DNA of 32,000 bases from Candidatus Electronema aureum. GTDB taxonomy: Bacteria > Desulfobacterota > Desulfobulbia > Desulfobulbales > Desulfobulbaceae. The DNA is taken from NCBI GenBank assembly GCA_004284765.1, contig NQJD01000005.1, forward strand, positions 60,001 to 92,000, given 5' to 3'. Position 1 is the stretch's first letter; each line of letters opens with the position of its first letter. A program made the translations under genes and the position numbers. The notes beneath the pieces are model-generated. The model had not been told where the DNA came from. It made no database searches and saw only the letters and a program-made list of their open reading frames with translations. Below, piece after piece: positions 25,924-32,000 of this stretch.

Positions 25924-27687
25924 ATGCCTGCACCCCGCAAATCCTTCCGCATCCTCGCTGCTCTGCCCTTTATCCTCCTTTTGATCGGCTATTTGGTCTA
26001 TCAGGAGCGACAGACCGAGCGGCCTGAGCAGATTGAAGTCACCACTGCTGGTTTTTTGGAAATGTGCCTGTCCTGCCACAAAGATGAAAAGCCTGATCCA
26101 GCCCACGCAGCCCAGATGATCGGCTGCTCGCCTTGCCACCTCGGCGACGCAACGGCAATTGACAAAGACAAGGCGCACAAAAACATGGTGTTGAATCCCG
26201 GCGACCTGCGGGTAGTGGAAAAAACCTGTGGCACAGAGGGCTGTCACCCGGCAGATGTGCATAAGGTGAAAAACTCGTTGATGGCCACCAATCGGGGCAT
26301 TCTTTCCACTCTGCTTTATTATTGGGGCGAGCGCGACACCCAGCACGCGGGCATCACAGTCGAGCAGTTGTTAAAAAGCGGTGAAAATTCCTTAGCCTTG
26401 GATTATTTCCGCAAACTTTGCGCCACCTGCCACCTCTGGAAGCAAAAAAATGATCTACCCGACAAGCCAGAGCTGAAATTCTTCAACGAAAAAGGCGGCG
26501 GTTGTTCGGCCTGTCACTACATTCCAGCCAAAGGCGATCAGCGTAGCACCGTGACCTCCTTTGAGGATAAAAAATCGGAAGGCAAAAAGCCGCATCCACT
26601 GATCAGCAAAAAGGTACCGGATGAAAACTGCATTCGTTGTCACAACCGTTCAGGCCGGATTGGCATTTCCTACACCGGACTCTTTGAAGGCGAAGGCTAC
26701 GGCACACCTTACGAGAAAGGCGGGCCGTCCTCAAAGAAGCTGCCAGGCGGACGTTTTTATCTCGAAATTGCTGAAGATGTGCATCACAAGAAAGGTATGT
26801 CCTGTATCGACTGCCACACCCGCGAGGAAATCATGGGTGATGGTACCCAGTACACCCACTACGAGGAGCAGCTGGAGATCAGCTGCGCTGGTTGTCACAC
26901 CGCCGAGCCAGGCTTGACTCGCAAGGGCCGTAAAGTCACCAATATAAAAAAAGAAAAGGACAGCTTTGTTCTCACTGGGCGCAATGATGGCCAAGTCCGC
27001 CCGCTCAAGCCACCCAAGCAGGATGCCTGCGCTTATCCGGGCCATAAACGGCTCTCTTGCGAGTCTTGCCACGCTACTTGGGTGCCACAGTGTTACGGTT
27101 GCCACGTCAAACGCGACATGAGTGATACCGATTTGGACAAACTTAGTCTTCAGGAAACGCCGGGCTGGTGGAAGGAAGGCCGCTCCTACATTCGCTACGA
27201 GCAGCCCATGCTTGGGGTGTGGAAGGACAAAGTGGTGATTGTTACGCCCGGCTGTCAGGATGTGGTCACGCTGATTGATAAAAACGGCAAAGTAGAAGGC
27301 GGCTTCAATCGCTTCACAATGGCGGCGATCAATCCGCACACCACCCAAGCCCAAGGCAGACCCTGCGCTGACTGTCACACTTCAACCAAGACCGTCGGCC
27401 TCGGTCAAGGCACGGTGACAAAAAAGAACGGCAAATGGGAATTTTATCCGGTGGGTCAGGGGGTGGAAACGCTCAAAGGTAGAACTGTGCCTTTAGATGC
27501 TTTCGTGACTATTGATGGTCAGCAGCTACAGCACGGTTCCCGGCCTGATTTACGTCCCTTTAATGCCGAGGAACTGCGGCGCATTCTGCGAGTTGGGCTA
27601 TGCTTGCAATGTCACAAGCGGTACGATGATCCGGCTTATAAGGATTATGACGGGAAGCGGATTTGCCCTAAGTATCAGGAGCCATGA
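25924..27687 (+). CDS. Membrane-anchored multiheme c-type cytochrome (about 12 heme-binding motifs)
   Basis: 587-aa ORF with an N-terminal TM/signal anchor (FRILAALPFILLLIGYLVY). I counted eleven CxxCH motifs (CLSCH, CSPCH, CATCH, CSACH, CIRCH, CIDCH, CAGCH, CESCH, CYGCH, CADCH, CLQCH) and one CxxxxCH (CGTEGCH). Confidence 0.85.
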   Translation: MPAPRKSFRILAALPFILLLIGYLVYQERQTERPEQIEVTTAGFLEMCLSCHKDEKPDPAHAAQMIGCSPCHLGDATAIDKDKAHKNMVLNPGDLRVVEKTCGTEGCHPADVHKVKNSLMATNRGILSTLLYYWGERDTQHAGITVEQLLKSGENSLALDYFRKLCATCHLWKQKNDLPDKPELKFFNEKGGGCSACHYIPAKGDQRSTVTSFEDKKSEGKKPHPLISKKVPDENCIRCHNRSGRIGISYTGLFEGEGYGTPYEKGGPSSKKLPGGRFYLEIAEDVHHKKGMSCIDCHTREEIMGDGTQYTHYEEQLEISCAGCHTAEPGLTRKGRKVTNIKKEKDSFVLTGRNDGQVRPLKPPKQDACAYPGHKRLSCESCHATWVPQCYGCHVKRDMSDTDLDKLSLQETPGWWKEGRSYIRYEQPMLGVWKDKVVIVTPGCQDVVTLIDKNGKVEGGFNRFTMAAINPHTTQAQGRPCADCHTSTKTVGLGQGTVTKKNGKWEFYPVGQGVETLKGRTVPLDAFVTIDGQQLQHGSRPDLRPFNAEELRRILRVGLCLQCHKRYDDPAYKDYDGKRICPKYQEP

Positions 27688-27763
27688 TTCTGTAGACCTC
27701 TTGCATAAATCGCAGTTAAGCTATGTCTTCTCGCTACGATGCACGTAGATACTGTTGTCCGAG

Positions 27764-28672
<909 letters not shown>

Positions 28673-28815
28673 CTACGTCGCGGAGTCTTTGCTCCAAGGG
28701 GCGAATCTTGTGATCTCCCTAGATGCTTGCAAGAGAGGGAAGCAAGACGGCAGGAGTATCGGCACCTCTCCGCCCTTGGTAGGACATCACCTCAACCGCC
28801 GGACACTATTTATTT

Positions 28816-29574
28816 ATGCAGATACAGAAAACACCTGCCGACAGCATCCGCTCCTGGCTCGCCTGCCGATACGGAGGCGTGCTGATCTTCCTTCTCGTGT
28901 ACCTCTGCCTTTCCTTTGCCACCCGCGCCACGCTTCTTCTGCAAACCACCTCCAATCACAGGCCCTTCACCTTCCCAGAGGGACAGATTGATCTGCCCTC
29001 GCTCACCTCAGGCCGGAAGGGTGGAGTCAAGTACAGTGATCATGCTATTGGTGAGTTCATCCGCAATGCCTCCAGCAAGCCGTGGTTCAAGAACACCGTC
29101 TTCGTGATTGTCGCTGATCACTGTGCTTCCAGTGCAGGCAAGACTGAGCTGCCGGTGGATAAGTACCATATCCCTCTGCTGATCTACGCCCCAGGTGGCC
29201 AGATTGCGCCCGGTAAGGTGGATACCCTGATGAGCCAGATGGACTATGCACCCACCCTACTGGGCCTCCTGCACTGGACATACCCTAGTCGCTTCTTTGG
29301 TCACGATGTCCGCAAGATCAAGCCCGCTACCGATGCTCATGCCCTGCTGGGGAACTATCAAAAGGTCGGCCATATAGAGGACGGAAAAATGACGGTGCTT
29401 GCTCCAAAGCAGGTCAAAACCTTCTATGACGTTGCTGCTGATTCAACTTTGCGGCAGCGCAGCTCCTTGCCCAAAGAGAATGAAGAGGAAGCAATCAGCT
29501 ATTATCAGATGGCTGACTACCTTTTTGATCAGCATACCTACAGCGAGCTGAAGGCAGAGGAGTTTGCCAAATAG
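28816..29574 (+). pseudogene. LTA-synthase/phosphoglycerol-transferase-type sulfatase, internally deleted remnant
   Basis: 252-aa ORF. An N-terminal TM segment (YGGVLIFLLVYLCLSFATRATLLL) is fused directly to the C-terminal third of a sulfatase domain (YSDHAIGEFI...WFKNTVFVIVADHCAS...IPLLIYAPG...QMDYAPTLLGLL). The other TM helices and the catalytic N-terminal part of the sulfatase domain are absent. Confidence 0.6.
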
Positions 29575-29780
29575 ATATCTTGCTGGATTCCCTCGGACAT
29601 ATATCCCAATTTCCCGCCTCTGTTCTTGACCAAAAACCTGGAGTTCTCATACTACCAGCCTGCCGCTGCCCGTATCTGCCGGGCATTTTGCCTAGTAAAA
29701 TGAGGTGGCCACCTCATTGTTCGGGCTGACCGAATCGTTTACTATCCGCAGATACGATCAGCGGATACACCAACTAGACT

Positions 29781-30704
29781 ATGATGCAACAGACGCTCCG
29801 GCTCATGCTCACCCTGCTGGGCGTGTCGCTGCTTACCTTCCTGCTGTTGGAATTTGTGCCGGGCGACGCGGCAGAGCTGCTGCTCAGTGGCCAGCAGAAC
29901 CTAAGCACCGAGAAGATCACCGCGCTTCGGCAGGAGCTGGGCTTGGACGCGCCGCTGCCGCTGCGTTATCTCCGCTGGCTGAGACGCGCTGCTGTGCTCG
30001 ACTTCGGCACGTCCTTCCGCAGCGGCGAGCCAGTCAGCCAAGAGCTGCTGCGCTGCCTGCCAATCACCCTGACGCTGGCCTGCTGCACCTTCTGCTTCGC
30101 AATCAGCATGGCGATGGCGGGCGGCATCGTTGCCGCGCTCTTGCAGAATCGGTTGCCCGACAAGATCCACCGCCTCTGGACAGTGCTGGCGGTCTCCGTT
30201 CCAGACTATTGGATGGGCCTGATGCTCCTGCTGATCTTCGGCCTCAAGCTGCGCTGGCTGCCAGTGGCAGGCGGCAGCGGCCTGAAGATATACATCCTGC
30301 CAACGCTTGCCCTCGGCCTCTCGGTCTCGGCAGCAGAAGGCCGGGTCTTCCGCGCCAGCATCATTGAGGTCATGAACCAAGACTGGGTGCTCTTTGCCCG
30401 CGCCAAAGGCCTGAGCCGGACGCAGGTCTTCCTTGGTCATGTCCTCAAGCCTGCACTGCTGCCGATGCTCTCCATCTGGGGAATGCTGCTGGGGCATCTG
30501 CTCGGCGGCGCGGTAGTGGTGGAGTCAGTCTTCTCACTGCCCGGATTGGGCAAGCTGGCTGCTGACGCAGTGCTGCAACGGGACATGCCAATGGTGCAGG
30601 GAACGGTTCTTCTAATGACCTTCTTCTTTGTTGCAGCAAGCACTGTCATGGAGTCGGCACGGGCCGCGCTGCTGCCATTCCGGTCTGAGGCTCGGCTGCA
30701 CTAG
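29781..30704 (+). CDS. ABC transporter permease, DppB/OppB/NikB family (orphan)
   Basis: 307-aa ORF with the typical N-terminus LTLLGVSLLTFLLLEFVPGD, LGLDAPLPLRYLRWL and the EAA-like loop FARAKGLSRTQVFLGHVLKPALLP. No partner permease, ATPase or binding-protein genes are adjacent. Confidence 0.85.
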   Translation: MMQQTLRLMLTLLGVSLLTFLLLEFVPGDAAELLLSGQQNLSTEKITALRQELGLDAPLPLRYLRWLRRAAVLDFGTSFRSGEPVSQELLRCLPITLTLACCTFCFAISMAMAGGIVAALLQNRLPDKIHRLWTVLAVSVPDYWMGLMLLLIFGLKLRWLPVAGGSGLKIYILPTLALGLSVSAAEGRVFRASIIEVMNQDWVLFARAKGLSRTQVFLGHVLKPALLPMLSIWGMLLGHLLGGAVVVESVFSLPGLGKLAADAVLQRDMPMVQGTVLLMTFFFVAASTVMESARAALLPFRSEARLH

Positions 30705-30726
30705 ACTGCCTAACTTTCCCTGTATA

Positions 30727-30818
30727 CGAAACCATGCATTTGATTGGATCGAAACCATGCATTTGATCGGATCGAAACCATGCATTTGATCGGGACGAAA
30801 CCATGCATTCGTGGATGC
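30727..30818. repeat. Four tandem 23-bp direct repeats (CGAAACCATGCATTTGATCGGAT consensus)
   Basis: The units are 30727-30749, 30750-30772, 30773-30795 and 30796-30818. The first three are nearly identical. The fourth diverges in its second half. The array ends 40 nt upstream of the TonB-dependent receptor start. Confidence 0.9.
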
Positions 30819-30858
30819 TCCGGCTATAACAAAAGACCTACTACAACATGAGGAGACG

Positions 30859-32000
30859 ATGAAGAGCACAGCTGTTTCAGTGGCGGCGATGACTGCCGTC
30901 CTGACGATTATGAACGGGCCGTCCGCTGCCCAAGAGCAGGCGCACACCATGAACGAGATCGTGGTCACTGCAACCAAGACCGAGCGCGAGGTGAAGGAGA
31001 TTCCCACCAACGTGGCCGTGCTGACCGAAAAGGACATTGAGCAGATCCAGCCAACAGACACTATGGATCTGCTCCGCCATGTGCCTGGCTTGGTGCTCAA
31101 CGGCATGGGCAGCAGCAAGGCATCGCATTATGCGGGAGTACGCGGTATGCAGCCCTCGTCGCGGGGCATGTTGCTGCTGATGGACGGGATTGAGATGAAT
31201 GATCCCAGCAACTACCTCTCTGTTTCGACCATTCCGCTGGATGCCATCGAGCGAATCGAAGTGATTAAAACGCCTGCCTCGGTGCTCTACGGCCCGGCAG
31301 CAGTTGGCGGCGTGATTAACATCATCACCAAGAAGCCAAGCAAGCCGCTGGAGGCTAGGGTTGCAGCAGGCTATGGCTCCTTTGAGCGCAAGGAAGTGTC
31401 AGCGAATATCGCCGGACTGCGGGAGAGCGGCCTCACCTACGGCCTCAATTATCAGATGCTGGACAGCGACGGCTACCGCGACAATAGCTGGCGCACGCAG
31501 CACGCCTTCACCCCGCGCCTTGGTTATCTTGGCGAGCAGGTGGACTTTGACCTTGTTGCCAACGTGGTTGATGCGGAATACGCCTTCCCCGGCGGTCTGC
31601 CTCTGAGCACGTGGGAACAGGATCCAACCAAGTCCCTCCAGCCTGACCGCGAGGGCGATTCGGTCAAGAGCACAGTCGGCGCGACCATGAACTGGAGCCT
31701 GAACGAGAGCAACATCCTCAAGCTGAAGACCTCCTACCGCGACAACGACTGGGAGACTGAGGACTACGGCATGTTCTTCAAGGGCGATAACTACAAGGTC
31801 TGGACGGGCGAGGCCGCCTATCAGCACCTTGCGGTCATCAATGGGATGCGCAACTCGCTGCTCCTTGGCACAGAATACCGGGACCTGAACAATGAGCCGA
31901 GCATGTACATGGACGATCAGCACGGCTCCATGCTCCTTAGCCAAGCGAAGATTCAGGAGCAGATCACCGGCTTCTTTGTTCAAGATGAGCTGTCGCCAAC
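30859..32000 (+). CDS. TonB-dependent outer-membrane receptor, N-terminal part (runs off the right edge)
   Basis: Manual translation from the ATG at 30859 (RBS AGGAGA) is open to the window end. It shows a signal peptide, the TonB-box-like NEIVVTATK and plug motifs (DLLRHVPGLVL, IERIEVIKTPASVLYGPAAVGGVINIITK). It is absent from the ORF track because it lacks a stop in the window. Confidence 0.85.
   Translation, partial: MKSTAVSVAAMTAVLTIMNGPSAAQEQAHTMNEIVVTATKTEREVKEIPTNVAVLTEKDIEQIQPTDTMDLLRHVPGLVLNGMGSSKASHYAGVRGMQPSSRGMLLLMDGIEMNDPSNYLSVSTIPLDAIERIEVIKTPASVLYGPAAVGGVINIITKKPSKPLEARVAAGYGSFERKEVSANIAGLRESGLTYGLNYQMLDSDGYRDNSWRTQHAFTPRLGYLGEQVDFDLVANVVDAEYAFPGGLPLSTWEQDPTKSLQPDREGDSVKSTVGATMNWSLNESNILKLKTSYRDNDWETEDYGMFFKGDNYKVWTGEAAYQHLAVINGMRNSLLLGTEYRDLNNEPSMYMDDQHGSMLLSQAKIQEQITGFFVQDELSP

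Noticed and set aside
26731-27378. 215-aa minus-strand ORF inside the cytochrome gene
   Set aside because: It is antisense to a reading frame containing a dozen heme-binding motifs and has no features of its own.
29705-30367. 220-aa plus-strand ORF overlapping the permease gene in another frame
   Set aside because: Its Arg/Ala/Pro-rich composition is typical of an off-frame reading of a GC-rich membrane-protein gene. The 29781 frame gives a canonical DppB-type permease.
30727-30818. CRISPR array
   Set aside because: The 23-bp units are directly adjacent with no spacers, there are only four copies, and no cas genes are nearby. It is a simple tandem repeat.
31399-31983. 194-aa minus-strand ORF at the right edge
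   Set aside because: It is antisense to the open TonB-dependent receptor frame, which shows plug-domain motifs. It is a shadow ORF.

Overview
The window looks like a chromosomal segment from an anaerobic, multiheme-cytochrome-rich proteobacterial-type organism. A Desulfobacterota/deltaproteobacterial origin is my inference from gene content only and is not verifiable here.

**Gene layout**
- **1-8947 (minus strand):** a TRASH-domain protein, transaldolase and a lytic transglycosylase. These are followed by a type IV pilus assembly cluster, pilM-pilN-pilO-pilP. The cluster ends with an unusual AMIN+N0+TPR protein and a lipoprotein-type secretin carrying a ~150-aa Ser/Thr/Asn-rich insertion.
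- **9202-15260 (plus strand):** an F1Fo ATP synthase operon (b', b, delta, alpha, gamma, beta, epsilon) with a clean terminator.
- **15371-18901:** the most interesting locus, an rtcB RNA-ligase gene remodelled twice.
  - It is split at its active-site motif NAVGV|DIGCG by a 742-nt group I intron. The intron shows P1 with a U.G pair, P10, a terminal G, and P/Q/R/S-like core elements. It carries an HNH homing endonuclease.
  - The last 117 nt of rtcB are duplicated (~85% identity). The two copies bracket a ~1.5-kb cassette of two unknown genes plus a repeat-rich spacer.
- **19064-27687:** cytochrome c peroxidase and a DUF882 peptidase. Next comes a cobalamin riboswitch leading into a small ORF and a stand-alone pterin-binding protein. 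After that are a leaderless pair of putative cell-wall peptidases, ispA and a ~12-heme cytochrome.
- **27700-32000:** a decayed accessory patch. It holds an IS110-family transposase pseudogene, an internally deleted LtaS-type sulfatase and an orphan Dpp/Nik-type permease. It ends with four 23-bp tandem repeats and the start of a TonB-dependent receptor.

All functional calls rest on motif recognition by eye. No database search was run.
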